64,000 bases of DNA, taken from assembly GCA_963767005.1 (NCBI GenBank), contig CAVYCN010000007.1, forward strand, positions 32,001-96,000, read 5' to 3'. The DNA comes from an uncultured Actinomycetes bacterium (lineage in GTDB: Bacteria > Actinomycetota > Thermoleophilia > UBA2241). This document shows, in pieces, positions 28,773-38,223 of this stretch (positions within the stretch are counted from its first letter, which is position 1; each line of letters begins with the position of its first letter). The notes under the pieces are model-generated. The model searched no databases. It worked only from the letters and a program-made list of their open reading frames with translations, and was not told the origin of the DNA. Position numbers and translations under genes: made by a program.

Positions 28773-31049
28773 ATGCACAGACACACCCGACTCGGCGGCT
28801 TTCGCACACCGCTGATCCTCTTGCTGATGCTGGCGGCGCTGGGCGCCTGGCTGCTCGCCGCCGCCGGTCCGGCGGCGGCAGTCGGGCCGACCGATCCGAC
28901 CATGTCGCTGACCGACCTGCAGACGGCGATCACGGGCGCCGGCTCCGGCGGCCTCGACGGCTACTTCAAGACCGTCCTGCAGGGCACCACCATCTCGACC
29001 GTCTCGGTGAAGATCCTGGCCGTCGCCGACGGGCAGAACGCGACCGACGGTTCGACCATGATCCTCTTCCAGATCACCGACTCGACCGTGCTCGCCGAGG
29101 GTGGCGTGGCCGAGGGCATGAGCGGCAGCCCGCTGTTCGTCGGCGTGGCCGGTAGCCCGGAGCCGACCGACCCGATGGTCGGCGCCGTGTCGCAGGGCGA
29201 CATCTTCACCGAGCAGGGCCTCGGTCTGGCGACGCCGATCGACTCCATGATCTCGATCGAGCAGGACTACCAGGTCACCGTGCCGGTCGGCGTGCGGGCG
29301 AGGGCCGCAAGCGCCCTCGGTCTGCCCACCGCGCTCGAGGCCGCCGGCCCCGTGCTGGCCAAGACCCGCACCGCGGTGACACACCACGCCGTGAAGACGA
29401 GCGCCGGCCCCCTGCACAGCTTCGTCATGGCGCGCAGCGTGGCGGTCGCCCGCAAGCTGCATCCCAAGGCGGGCACGGCCGTGTTCGTGCCGCTCAGCAC
29501 CCTCGAGGTCGGCGGCCTGCCGGCCAGCAGCCCGGCGTTCAAGCGCATCGCGGCGGCCTTCGCCAAGCGCGGCGTCGACGTGCACGCCGCCGGCGTCGGC
29601 CAGGGCGACGACCCCGACTTCACGACGCCGCTCGTCGAGGGCGCCTCCGTTGCGGCCGTCTACTCGAGCGGCGCCGTGTGGGACGCCTTCATCGGCACCG
29701 TCACCTACGTCGACGGCGACGTCGTGCTGGCCTTCGGCCATCCCGCCGACTACGACGGTCCAGTGGCGCTCGACATGGCCAACGCCGATGTCTCGGGCAT
29801 CTGGTCCGACTCCTACATCGCCTACAAGCTTGCTTCTCTCGGCGCCATCCGGGGCGTCATCACACAGGACCGCGCCTATGGCATCGCCGGCCAGATCGGC
29901 GCGACCAACAGCGAGGTGCCGGTCGACGCCTCGGCGGCGATCGGCACGGACACGCCGACCGAGTTCGATACGAACGTGCCGCAGTGGGTCGCCGACAACC
30001 CCGGCTACGGCGACATGATCGTCTCGGCGGCCTGCTACTGGGCCGTCTACAAGGTGACCGACGCCCTCACGTATCCGGGTCACGCCACGATGGACACCAC
30101 GATGGTGGTGAACGACCTGAGCAACGCGGGCGCCGCCCTGCCGCCGATCACGCTCGACAACGTCTACGACGACAGCTACGACGTCGGCGGGTACGCGGGC
30201 ATGGATGCCGCCGACATGCTCGACACGCTGCTCTCGAACCCCGACGGGGTCGCCCCGGCGTCGGTCAAGTCGGTGAACTTCAGCGCCGACCTCACGCCGA
30301 CGCACGCCAGCATGCAGATCCTCGATTTCTCGGTGCCCGGCGGGTTCAAGCACGGCGCCAACACCGTCCACGTGATCACACGTGCCTACGGTGAGACCGC
30401 CACGCGCGAGGAGGACCTGACGCTGAACGTCCCGGCCGCGGTCGAGACGAGCGGCACGGTCACGGTCTACGACTCGAACGGCATGGGCGGCGGCGACGAC
30501 TACGACGAATCGTCGCCGCTCGCCACGCCGCAACTGGGCTCCAACGTGACCCCGGCCACGACGCTGAGCGACCTCGTCAGCCAGGTCGAAGGCACGCTGC
30601 TGAACGACTCGGTCAACGTCACCCTGGTGGCCGACGTGCCCAACGAGTTCGTCGTGCCGGTCGTCAACGGCGTGCCCGCGAACTACATCACGGCGAGCAA
30701 GGCGGTCACCGACGGCGGCACGACCTGGTACTTGCAGGGCAACCTCACCAAGGAAACGTCCTCGATGCACCTGTACGCGAGCCCGACCGCGACCAAGCGC
30801 GGTCGCACTGTCACGCTGCTGGGCGTCTTCGACGCCGAGGACGCCAACGGCACGACCGTGACGATCTACCGCGGCACGAGCACCACGCCGTACGCCACCG
30901 CGCACGTCGTCGTGACGCCCGACGGCATGGCCCAGTTCGTCGTACGGGCCAAGGTCCTGTCCAAGAACACCAAGTTCACGGCGGTGTGGGGTGGCTCCGA
31001 TGAGTACATCGGCGCCACCGCCTCGCGCACCGTCAAGGTGCACAAGTAA
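28773..31049 (+). CDS. Secreted SpoIVB/peptidase S55-domain protein with C-terminal beta-rich domain
   Basis: Signal peptide; GGVAEGMSGSP, IGTVTYVDGD..AFGHP, ITQDRAYGI; SD AGGAGG. Confidence 0.88.
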   Translation: MHRHTRLGGFRTPLILLLMLAALGAWLLAAAGPAAAVGPTDPTMSLTDLQTAITGAGSGGLDGYFKTVLQGTTISTVSVKILAVADGQNATDGSTMILFQITDSTVLAEGGVAEGMSGSPLFVGVAGSPEPTDPMVGAVSQGDIFTEQGLGLATPIDSMISIEQDYQVTVPVGVRARAASALGLPTALEAAGPVLAKTRTAVTHHAVKTSAGPLHSFVMARSVAVARKLHPKAGTAVFVPLSTLEVGGLPASSPAFKRIAAAFAKRGVDVHAAGVGQGDDPDFTTPLVEGASVAAVYSSGAVWDAFIGTVTYVDGDVVLAFGHPADYDGPVALDMANADVSGIWSDSYIAYKLASLGAIRGVITQDRAYGIAGQIGATNSEVPVDASAAIGTDTPTEFDTNVPQWVADNPGYGDMIVSAACYWAVYKVTDALTYPGHATMDTTMVVNDLSNAGAALPPITLDNVYDDSYDVGGYAGMDAADMLDTLLSNPDGVAPASVKSVNFSADLTPTHASMQILDFSVPGGFKHGANTVHVITRAYGETATREEDLTLNVPAAVETSGTVTVYDSNGMGGGDDYDESSPLATPQLGSNVTPATTLSDLVSQVEGTLLNDSVNVTLVADVPNEFVVPVVNGVPANYITASKAVTDGGTTWYLQGNLTKETSSMHLYASPTATKRGRTVTLLGVFDAEDANGTTVTIYRGTSTTPYATAHVVVTPDGMAQFVVRAKVLSKNTKFTAVWGGSDEYIGATASRTVKVHK

Positions 31050-31120
31050 CAGGCGAGGGCCGGCCGGGCGCGCGCGCCCGGCCGGCCGCGGGGACGGCGC
31101 GGCGGGGTCGCGAGAGCGAC

Positions 31121-31180
31121 CCCGCCGCGCCGTCGTTTCGTCTGGTCCCGCCGCGCCGTCGTTTCGTCTGGTCCCGCCGC
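31121..31180. repeat. 26-bp tandem duplication
   Basis: CCCGCCGCGCCGTCGTTTCGTCTGGT x2 plus CCCGCCGC. Confidence 0.8.
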
Positions 31181-31217
31181 ATCGTGTGAGAATGATGCTC
31201 CGGGGTACACTAAACGC

Positions 31218-31378
31218 GGACGCCGGGGCACGAGGTGTCTCTGCGTCCCAGATGCTGGACTGCACGGGGTGGCAGAGTGTCCAGGTCCCCGGCAAAGGGG
31301 AAGCCGGCGCGCGAGCGCCGGCGCCACCAGCACCCCAAGAAGGCGGCGCCTTACCCTCCGGGCGCCGCCTTCGCTTGT
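31218..31378 (+). ncRNA. Candidate structured ncRNA, family not recognised
   Basis: -10 TACACT at 31206-11; hairpin starting at the expected +1; further helices including a GNRA loop; terminal hairpin at 31339-72; no convincing ORF. Confidence 0.55.
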
Positions 31379-31435
31379 GGTCCCGGCGCAAGGGCACAGG
31401 CGGGCGGCTACGCCCGCGCGGTGGTGTGCCGCCGG

Positions 31436-32293
31436 CTACGCGGGCGGCGCGGCGGCAAGGCGCTCGAAGAACGCACCGAGCTCGTCACGCGCCACCACCA
31501 GGTCGGCTTCGGCGCGGACGCTGTCGGCGGCCTCGGCCATGACCACACCCAGGCCGGCCCAGCGCACCATATCGACGTCGTTCCAGCCGTCGCCGCAGGC
31601 GACCGTGCGCTCGCGGCGCGCCGGCAGGCGCCGGCAGAGGTCGGCCAGCGCGCCGCTCTTGGTCGCGTGCGGGTCGCTGATCTCGATGAACTGCGGCAGC
31701 GAGCGCGTGACGTAGAGGTCGCCGTCGAAGCGCGCCTGGAGCTCGGGCAGCAGCCTGGTCACGTCGTCGGCCGGCGTCGTGATCACGATCTTGGTGGGCG
31801 GCGTCGCGACGACCGCGAGCAGATCGGGGACCACATTCACGGGCACGTCGGCGTACTCGGCATAGCCGCGCGCCCAGTCGTCGTCCTGCTCGACGTACAG
31901 CTCGTCGTTCACGTAGACGTTGAGGTGGCGCCCCAGCTCGCGCACGGCCAGCACGACCTCGGCGGCCCGGTCCGAGGGCAACGGCAGGTGCCGCTGCCAC
32001 TCGCCGGTCGCGAGGTCGGCGAGCAGCGCGCCCTGGTAGCAGACGACCGGACCGCTCGTGAGCCCGAGGCGGGCGAGCATCTTGCGGGCGCTTGTGAACA
32101 TGCGGCCGGTGACCACCACGAAGGGCACGCCGGCACGGCGCAGCTCGTCGACGCCGGCCGCGGTCGCTGCCGTGAATTCGAGGTTGGGCGGCAACAGCGT
32201 GCCGTCGAGGTCGGACGCCACGAGGTCGGGGCGCAGCAGCGCCGGCGGCTCGGCGTCGGGCGAGGCGGGACAGCGTCGGGCGCTCGCCGTCAA
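31436..32293 (-). CDS. Cof-type HAD-IIB family hydrolase
   Basis: SDLDGTLL, VTGR, TKSGAL, GDGWNDVDM; start uncertain. Confidence 0.92.
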   Translation of the reverse strand: MTASARRCPASPDAEPPALLRPDLVASDLDGTLLPPNLEFTAATAAGVDELRRAGVPFVVVTGRMFTSARKMLARLGLTSGPVVCYQGALLADLATGEWQRHLPLPSDRAAEVVLAVRELGRHLNVYVNDELYVEQDDDWARGYAEYADVPVNVVPDLLAVVATPPTKIVITTPADDVTRLLPELQARFDGDLYVTRSLPQFIEISDPHATKSGALADLCRRLPARRERTVACGDGWNDVDMVRWAGLGVVMAEAADSVRAEADLVVARDELGAFFERLAAAPPA

Positions 32294-32336
32294 CGCTCTT
32301 CTGTACGGTCGGCGGCCGATGGGGTACAGTGGGCGT

Positions 32337-32411
32337 ATGGAGAAGGACGCGTCCCGGCTCCCACGGGACCGCTTCTCAAAGAGGCCTGAGCTCCCATCAG
32401 GTCTCTTTTTT
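32337..32411 (+). ncRNA. Candidate two-hairpin sRNA with identical GCUCCCA loops; the second hairpin is a terminator
   Basis: -10 TACAGT at 32325-30; GTCCCG-GCTCCCA-CGGGAC; AAAGAGGCCTGA-GCTCCCA-TCAGGTCTCTTT-TTT. Confidence 0.6.
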
Positions 32412-32435
32412 CGCTCCGGCGCCACATGGCGTCGC

Positions 32436-32615
32436 TCACTTGCGGCGCAGGTTGTCGATGGAGCGCTGCAGGTCGATCTCGCCGGCCAGCACGCCGCCTA
32501 TCAGATAACCCAGGGCACCGATCGCGCCGACCACGATGAGCTTCTCGAAGCCCAGGGCCATCCAGACGACGCCGACCACGAGGCCGACGGCGAGGCCGAT
32601 GTAGCGGAGACTCAC
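32436..32615 (-). CDS. DUF2273-like small integral membrane protein (asp23 operon)
   Basis: IGLAVGLVVG..LGFEKL..GALGYLIG; GTGA overlap; SD GGAGG. Confidence 0.8.
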   Translation of the reverse strand: MSLRYIGLAVGLVVGVVWMALGFEKLIVVGAIGALGYLIGGVLAGEIDLQRSIDNLRRK

Positions 32616-33166
32616 GTGACACCTCCCCGGCCGGCGAGCAGCTCGTCGACCTCGACGATGAGCTCGCCGGCGTCGAGCCCGGTCGCGGACCGCAGCTCGC
32701 GCTCGACGACGGCGCGGGCGCGGGCGAACGTCTGACGGACATCGGTGGCGGCGAGCGAGAGCGACGTGCGCGCGGCCACGCGATCGGCGCTGCACGTCAC
32801 GCGCACCCGCGCGTCGGTGACCTCGGCGAGCTCGTCGACCAGGCGATGCGCCAGCAGGTGCTCGAGGGCGCGCGCCTTGACCACGACGCCGGCAGGCTGG
32901 CCGCCAAGCTCGACGGCGGCGCCCTCGCCGGCCCGTCCGCCGCCCAGCATGCCGAGCGCGAGCCACACGCAGACGGCGCCGGCGGCGACGGCGGCGGCGC
33001 CGACGGGCACAGCCACGGCGCGCGGCGCGACGAGGAGGTCGTGCCAGTAGCGCGCCACCGGCCAGACGGAGCCCTGGCCGGCGGCCAGGGCGACCTCGCG
33101 CACGATCAGGATCGCGGAGGCGGCCATGACGGCGAGCGCGCAGGCCAGGGTGACGGCGCGCCTCAT
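32612..33166 (-). CDS. AmaP-like alkaline shock membrane anchor
   Basis: Two N-terminal TM segments plus Asp23-like domain; operon context. Confidence 0.65.
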   Translation of the reverse strand: MRRAVTLACALAVMAASAILIVREVALAAGQGSVWPVARYWHDLLVAPRAVAVPVGAAAVAAGAVCVWLALGMLGGGRAGEGAAVELGGQPAGVVVKARALEHLLAHRLVDELAEVTDARVRVTCSADRVAARTSLSLAATDVRQTFARARAVVERELRSATGLDAGELIVEVDELLAGRGGVT

Positions 33167-33720
33167 CGCAGATACCTCGGCAGCTCGCGTACACGCAGCA
33201 CGCGCAGCGCCGGCCCGCGCAGCTCGACGGCCAGGCCGAGCCGGTCGCGCAGGGCCACCGTGGCGAGCGCCGTGAGGCGCTCGCGCAGCGCGGCGGCCGG
33301 CGCCAGCGGGCGCAGCGCCACCCAGGCGCGCGCGCGCAGGCGCTCACCGCGCAGCATGAACGAGGCCCGCGAGGCGACGACGTCGGGGTCGCGGGCCAGC
33401 TCGGCGGCCAGGTAGCGCGCGAGCGTGTCGGGCGGCAGCCGCAGGCTGCCGCCCTCGACCGGGAGCACGAGCGGCGCAGGGCGACGGCGCATGACGAGCA
33501 GCACGAGCAGCGCCGCGCCGACGAAGAGCGCCGCCAGCAGCAGCGCCCGGCCGTTGTGCGTGTGAGGCAGCGGCAGATCGTGCCACAGCGACAGGTGGCG
33601 GCCCGAGGCGGTGACGAGCAGCTCGGCACCGGCGGCGACGAGCACGATGCCCGCGATCAGCAGCGCCAGGAAACCGAGCGCCGCCTCGAGGGCGTCGAGG
33701 GCAAGGCTGCGGGGCGAGCG
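33163..33720 (-). CDS. Second AmaP-like membrane protein (start codon not identifiable)
   Basis: Two TM segments, then GGSLRLPPDTLARY..LRDRLGL; sits between asp23 and the amaP-like gene. Confidence 0.55.
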   Translation of the reverse strand, partial: RSPRSLALDALEAALGFLALLIAGIVLVAAGAELLVTASGRHLSLWHDLPLPHTHNGRALLLAALFVGAALLVLLVMRRRPAPLVLPVEGGSLRLPPDTLARYLAAELARDPDVVASRASFMLRGERLRARAWVALRPLAPAAALRERLTALATVALRDRLGLAVELRGPALRVLRVRELPRYLR

Positions 33721-33721
33721 G

Positions 33722-34222
33722 CTAGGCCTGTCCGCTCTCGCCGGCAGCCTGGTCCTCGGGGAAGAAGATGTCGCCCACGACCACGTTGACCGTCTTGACG
33801 GTGAGACCGGTGGTCGCCTCGATGCTGTCGCGCACGCGCTCGCGGCAGGCCTGCGCCACCTCGGGGATGCTGCGCCCGTAGGTGACGACCAGGGTGATGT
33901 CGACATCGACCCCATCGCTCCGCACGTCGACCGCCACGCCCTGAGTGCGGGAGTCGGCCACGCGCAGGCTCGACAGGGCGCGCGAGGTGGCCCCGCCCAG
34001 GGCGTGCACGCCGTCGACCTCGCGGCAGGCCATGTGCGCGATCTTGGCGATCACGGTGTCGCCGATCTCGAACTCGCCGGCGCGCGGGTCGGCGAGCTCG
34101 CCGGCGGGCGACGGCTCGGACGGCGACTCCGTCGCCGGCTGCTCGGCCGGCGCCGGGGGGGCCGCGGCCTGCTGGTCGGACGGCGCCGGCTGCGGCGCCT
34201 CGGGCGGTTGCTGGTCGGCCAT
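33722..34222 (-). CDS. Asp23/Gls24 family envelope stress protein
   Basis: IGDTVIAKIA..EVDGV, YGRSIPEVA..IEATTGLTVKTVNVVVGDI. Confidence 0.92.
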   Translation of the reverse strand: MADQQPPEAPQPAPSDQQAAAPPAPAEQPATESPSEPSPAGELADPRAGEFEIGDTVIAKIAHMACREVDGVHALGGATSRALSSLRVADSRTQGVAVDVRSDGVDVDITLVVTYGRSIPEVAQACRERVRDSIEATTGLTVKTVNVVVGDIFFPEDQAAGESGQA

Positions 34223-34300
34223 GTGGGCTCCCCGGTCGGACGACTGTGTTGGCTCTACTCTACCCTGCCCCGACGACGGCCGCGACGGCCGCGCCGGGCT

Positions 34301-36541
34301 CTAGCCGCACTTGGAGTAGCCGCAGAGCCGGCAGACCACGCAGCCGCCCTCGTGCTCGATCACGCCGCCGCAGTCGGGGCAGGCCCCCTGGGCCACCTCG
34401 ACGAGCGCGAGCTGCGGTTCGGGCGTGCCGGTCGGCGCCGCGGCGCCGCTGATGTAGCGGCGCTCGACCGCCTTGCCGATGGCGTCGGCGCACGACAGCG
34501 TGGCGTTGGGGCCCAAGCCGTAGGGCACGTGACAGCGGATGCCCTTGAGCTGCTCGACGATCTCGCTCGGGGCGGCGCCCTTCTTTAAGGCGAGCGAGAT
34601 GAGCCGGCCGAGGGCTTCGGTGTTCGACGAGGCGCAGCCGCCGGCCTTGCCCATGTTGGCGAACACCTCGCGCGGGCCGTGCTCGTCGTCGTTCATGATG
34701 ACGAACAGCTTGCCGCAGCCGGTGTCCATGCGCTCGGTCTCGCCCGACAGCAGGCGCGGCCGCGCCGGCCGGGTGGTGGCGATGCCGCGCGCCGGGTCGG
34801 CGCCCGGACGGGCCGCCGAACCCACGTTCAGGACCTGCTCCTCGCGGCTGCCGTCGCGGTAGGTGGTGACGCCCTTGCAGCCCGAACGGAAGGCCAGCAG
34901 GTAGACCTTCTCGACGTCGTCGACCGTGGCGCCGTTCGGAAAGTTCACGGTCTTGGAGACGGCGTTGTCGGTGGCCGCCTGGAAGGCCGCCTGCAGCTTG
35001 ACGTGCCACTCGGGCGTGACGTCGTGCGCGGTGGCAAACACGCTACGCCAGGGATCGGGCACCTCGTCGACGTGGCGCACCGAGCCTTCGTCGGCGACGC
35101 GCTTGAGGAGCGCCTCGGAGAAGAAGCCCTCGCGCCGCGCGACCTGCTCGAAATAGGGGTAGACCTCGAGCATCTCGTCGTCGTCGAGCACCTTGCGGCG
35201 CCGGTAGCTGAGCGCGAAGAGCGGCTCGATGCCGCTCGAGCAGCCGGCGATGATCGAGATCGTGCCGGTCGGCGCGATGGTCGTGACCGTGGCGTTGCGC
35301 ACGCGCAGGCCGCCCTCGACGTCGTACACCGAGCCCTCGAAGTTGGGAAACACGCCGCGCTGCTCGGCGAGCTCGACCGACGCGGCCCGCGCCTGCTCCT
35401 GGATGAAACCCATGAGCTCGCCGGCCAGGTGCACGGCCTCGTCGGAATCGTAGGGCACGCCCAGCCGGTAGAGCAGGTCGGCGAAGCCCATGACGCCGAG
35501 GCCGATCTTGCGGTTGCCGCGGGTCATCTCGGCGATCTGCGGCAGCGGGTAGTTGTTGACGTCGATCACGTCGTCTAGGAACCGCACCGCCGTCTTGACG
35601 ATGCGCCCGAGCCGCGCGTAGTCGACGTGGCCGTCGTCGCACACGCGAGCCAGGTTGATGGAGCCCAGGTTGCACGACTCGTAGGGCAGCAGGGGCTGCT
35701 CGCCGCAGGGGTTGGTGCTTTCGATCGAGCCGAGCTGCGGCGTGGGGTTGTGCTGGTTGATGCGGTCGATGAAGACGATGCCGGGGTCGCCGTTCTTCCA
35801 GGCCAGAGTGACCATCGACCTGAAGACCTTGCGCGCCTTGAGCAGGCGCACGGTCTCGCCGGAGCGCGGGTTGATGAGCGGGTAGTCGTCGTCGGCGTCG
35901 ACCGCCCGCATGAAGTCGTCGGTGACGGCCACCGAGATGTTGAAGTTGTTGAGGCGGTCGTCGTCGTGCTTGGCGTTGATGAAATCGAGGATGTCGGGGT
36001 GGTCGACGCGCATGATGCCCATGTTGGCGCCGCGCCGCGTGCCGCCCTGCTTGATCGTCTCGGTCGCGGCATCGAAGACGCTCATGAACGACAGCGGCCC
36101 CGACGACACGCCGGCGGTCGAGAGCACGACGTCGTTCTTGGGGCGCACGCGCGAGAACGAGAAGCCGGTGCCGCCGCCGCTCTTGTGGATGAGGGCGGTG
36201 TGCTTGATGGCCTCGAAGATCGAGTCCATGGAGTCGCCGACGGGCAGGACGAAACAGGCCGAGAGTTGACCGAGCTCGCGACCGGCGTTCATGAGGGTGG
36301 GGCTGTTGGGCAGGAACTCGAGGTTCGCCATGAGCCGGTAGTAGGTGTCTTCGTGCTGGGCGAGGTCGGCGGTGGGGTCGTAGAGCCGCTCGGCCTGGGC
36401 CACGGCCCGGGCCACGCGGCGGAACATCTCCTCGGGTGTCTCGAGCACCTCGCCCGCTTCGCCCTTCTTGAGATAGCGCCGCTGCAGCACCTTGAGCGCG
36501 TTGGCCGACAGCTCGATCACGTCGCGACCCGTCTCAGTCAT
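34301..36541 (-). CDS. nrdJ: Class II adenosylcobalamin-dependent ribonucleotide reductase
   Basis: [64 protein letters not shown] domain, CPDCG..C..CGYSKC. Confidence 0.96.
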   Translation of the reverse strand: MTETGRDVIELSANALKVLQRRYLKKGEAGEVLETPEEMFRRVARAVAQAERLYDPTADLAQHEDTYYRLMANLEFLPNSPTLMNAGRELGQLSACFVLPVGDSMDSIFEAIKHTALIHKSGGGTGFSFSRVRPKNDVVLSTAGVSSGPLSFMSVFDAATETIKQGGTRRGANMGIMRVDHPDILDFINAKHDDDRLNNFNISVAVTDDFMRAVDADDDYPLINPRSGETVRLLKARKVFRSMVTLAWKNGDPGIVFIDRINQHNPTPQLGSIESTNPCGEQPLLPYESCNLGSINLARVCDDGHVDYARLGRIVKTAVRFLDDVIDVNNYPLPQIAEMTRGNRKIGLGVMGFADLLYRLGVPYDSDEAVHLAGELMGFIQEQARAASVELAEQRGVFPNFEGSVYDVEGGLRVRNATVTTIAPTGTISIIAGCSSGIEPLFALSYRRRKVLDDDEMLEVYPYFEQVARREGFFSEALLKRVADEGSVRHVDEVPDPWRSVFATAHDVTPEWHVKLQAAFQAATDNAVSKTVNFPNGATVDDVEKVYLLAFRSGCKGVTTYRDGSREEQVLNVGSAARPGADPARGIATTRPARPRLLSGETERMDTGCGKLFVIMNDDEHGPREVFANMGKAGGCASSNTEALGRLISLALKKGAAPSEIVEQLKGIRCHVPYGLGPNATLSCADAIGKAVERRYISGAAAPTGTPEPQLALVEVAQGACPDCGGVIEHEGGCVVCRLCGYSKCG

Positions 36542-37194
36542 TCTTCCTGCCCCCTGCTCCCGTTCGGTCCGGATTCCGCCGGCTGGTCGACCGGCGCGTA
36601 GTGTCGTGGCGTCGCGGGGCCCGGCGCCACGGCCGCGACCTCGTCTGACGCCGCACGGCCCGGACCCCCGACCGCCCCGTGCTCGCTGTCATCGCCGGCG
36701 ACTCGGGCGAGCGCACGCGGCCCGGCCGGCCCGCGTCCGCTCGCCGGCTCGTCGAGCCGCGCAAGCTCCTTCTGAAACTCCTCGATGTCGTCGAACTGGC
36801 GGTAGACCGAGGCGAAACGGATGTAGGCGACGAGGTCGAGGTCACGCAGGTGGTGCAGCGCGCGCTCGCCGATCTCGGCCGACGTGACCTGCTGCACCGA
36901 CTCGCGGCGCAGCTCGCCTTCGATCTCGTCGGCGACGCGCTCGATACGCTCGAGCGAGATGCGCCGCTTCTCGCAGGCGCGCAGCAGGCCGTTCAGCAGC
37001 TTGGCGCGGGCGAAGACCTCTTCGGCGCCGCTGCGCTTGACGACCACGAGCGGCGCCTCTTCGACGCGTTCGTAGGTGGTGTAGCGGCGTCCGCAGAAGG
37101 CGCATTCGCGCCGCCGGCGCACGGCGTCGCCCGACTCGGAATCACGCGAGTCGACGACACGACTGTCTTCGTCGCCGCAGAATGGACAGCGCAC
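36538..37194 (-). CDS. nrdR: Transcriptional repressor NrdR (with low-complexity C-terminal tail)
   Basis: [33 protein letters not shown] cone, [10 protein letters not shown]. Confidence 0.96.
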   Translation of the reverse strand: MRCPFCGDEDSRVVDSRDSESGDAVRRRRECAFCGRRYTTYERVEEAPLVVVKRSGAEEVFARAKLLNGLLRACEKRRISLERIERVADEIEGELRRESVQQVTSAEIGERALHHLRDLDLVAYIRFASVYRQFDDIEEFQKELARLDEPASGRGPAGPRALARVAGDDSEHGAVGGPGRAASDEVAAVAPGPATPRHYAPVDQPAESGPNGSRGQEE

Positions 37195-37220
37195 GGAGAG
37201 ACGACCCCTTACGAGATGGA

Positions 37221-37268
37221 GTACAAGATGTAGTGGAAGAGCGCTTGGTTCGTCACAATATAGCCGAT
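37221..37268 (-). promoter_or_regulatory. Tandem NrdR boxes upstream of nrdR-nrdJ
   Basis: CCACTACATCTTGTAC (minus strand, 37236-21) fits acaCwAtATaTwGtgt; a weaker TCACAATATAGCCGAT lies 32 bp away. Confidence 0.75.
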
Positions 37269-37494
37269 TTCGCGACGGACGCAACGGTTCCTGCCCGGGT
37301 TTTTCGCGCAGATCGGACGTTACAAGGGTCATTCTCGACCTCAAGGTTAGACTTTCGCCCCTCGGGTGCTGCGCCCGGCCCCCGCCGGACGACCGCAGGC
37401 GGCCCACCGGCGAGGGCAGAGAGAGACGCAGATCCTAGCGCCCCGGGGGACGGCAGGCCGCGCCGGCGAGCGCGAACAGGTATACTTCGCGTCG

Positions 37495-38211
37495 ATGAAC
37501 ACGGTCGTCGTCCCCACGTACAACGAGCGCGACAACCTGCGTCACGCCCTCGAGCGCATCCGCGAGGTCTCCGAGGGCGCCGGCCTGCCGCTCCACACGC
37601 TGATCGTCGACGACAACTCGCCCGACGGGACGGGCGAGCTCGCCGACCAGCTCGCCGGCGAGTACCCCGACGTCGAGGTGCTGCACCGCGCCGGCAAGGA
37701 GGGGCTCGGCAAGGCCTACATCGCCGGCTTCCGCCACGCCATGGCGACCGGCGCCGACCTGCTCTTCGAGATGGATGCCGACCTGTCGCACGACGCGAGC
37801 TACCTGCCCCACTTCGTGCGCCTGGTCGAGCAGGGCGCCGACGTCGTACTCGGCTCGCGCTACGTCAAAGGCGGCGGCGTCGAGAACTGGCCGCTGTCGC
37901 GCAAGCTGATCAGCCGCGGCGGCTGCATGTACGCGCAGGTCGTGCTCGGCCTGCCCTACCGCGACCTGACCGGCGGCTTCAAGTGCTTTCGCCGCAGCGT
38001 GCTCGAGGCGATCGACCTCGACGCGATCGACACGCGCGGCTACGGCTTTCAGGTCGAGATGACCTACCGCGCCCACAAGCTCGGCTTCAAGGTCGTCGAG
38101 CTGCCCATCATCTTCGTCGACCGCAAGGTGGGCGAATCGAAGATGTCGGGCGACATCTTCCTCGAGGCGGCCGTCAACGTCCTGCGGCTGCGCCTCGACC
38201 GCAGCATCTGA
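37495..38211 (+). CDS. Polyprenol monophosphomannose synthase (GT2)
   Basis: PTYNERDN, VDDNSPDGTG, GLGKAY, MDADLSH, DLTGGFKCFR; -10 TATACT at 37481. Confidence 0.93.
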   Translation: MNTVVVPTYNERDNLRHALERIREVSEGAGLPLHTLIVDDNSPDGTGELADQLAGEYPDVEVLHRAGKEGLGKAYIAGFRHAMATGADLLFEMDADLSHDASYLPHFVRLVEQGADVVLGSRYVKGGGVENWPLSRKLISRGGCMYAQVVLGLPYRDLTGGFKCFRRSVLEAIDLDAIDTRGYGFQVEMTYRAHKLGFKVVELPIIFVDRKVGESKMSGDIFLEAAVNVLRLRLDRSI

Positions 38212-38223
38212 CCGGGGCGCCGC

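Noticed and set aside
31279-31305. SRP RNA helix 8
   Set aside because: CCAGG...AGC resembles it, but the stem is 5 bp with a 6-nt loop and the AGCAG element and long enclosing helix are missing
27675-31397. 1240-aa minus-strand ORF, and other long shadow ORFs (e.g. 20839-23016, 48045-50279, 52755-54806)
   Set aside because: These are antisense or off-frame to well-supported genes, which is typical of very high GC3; no motifs recognised
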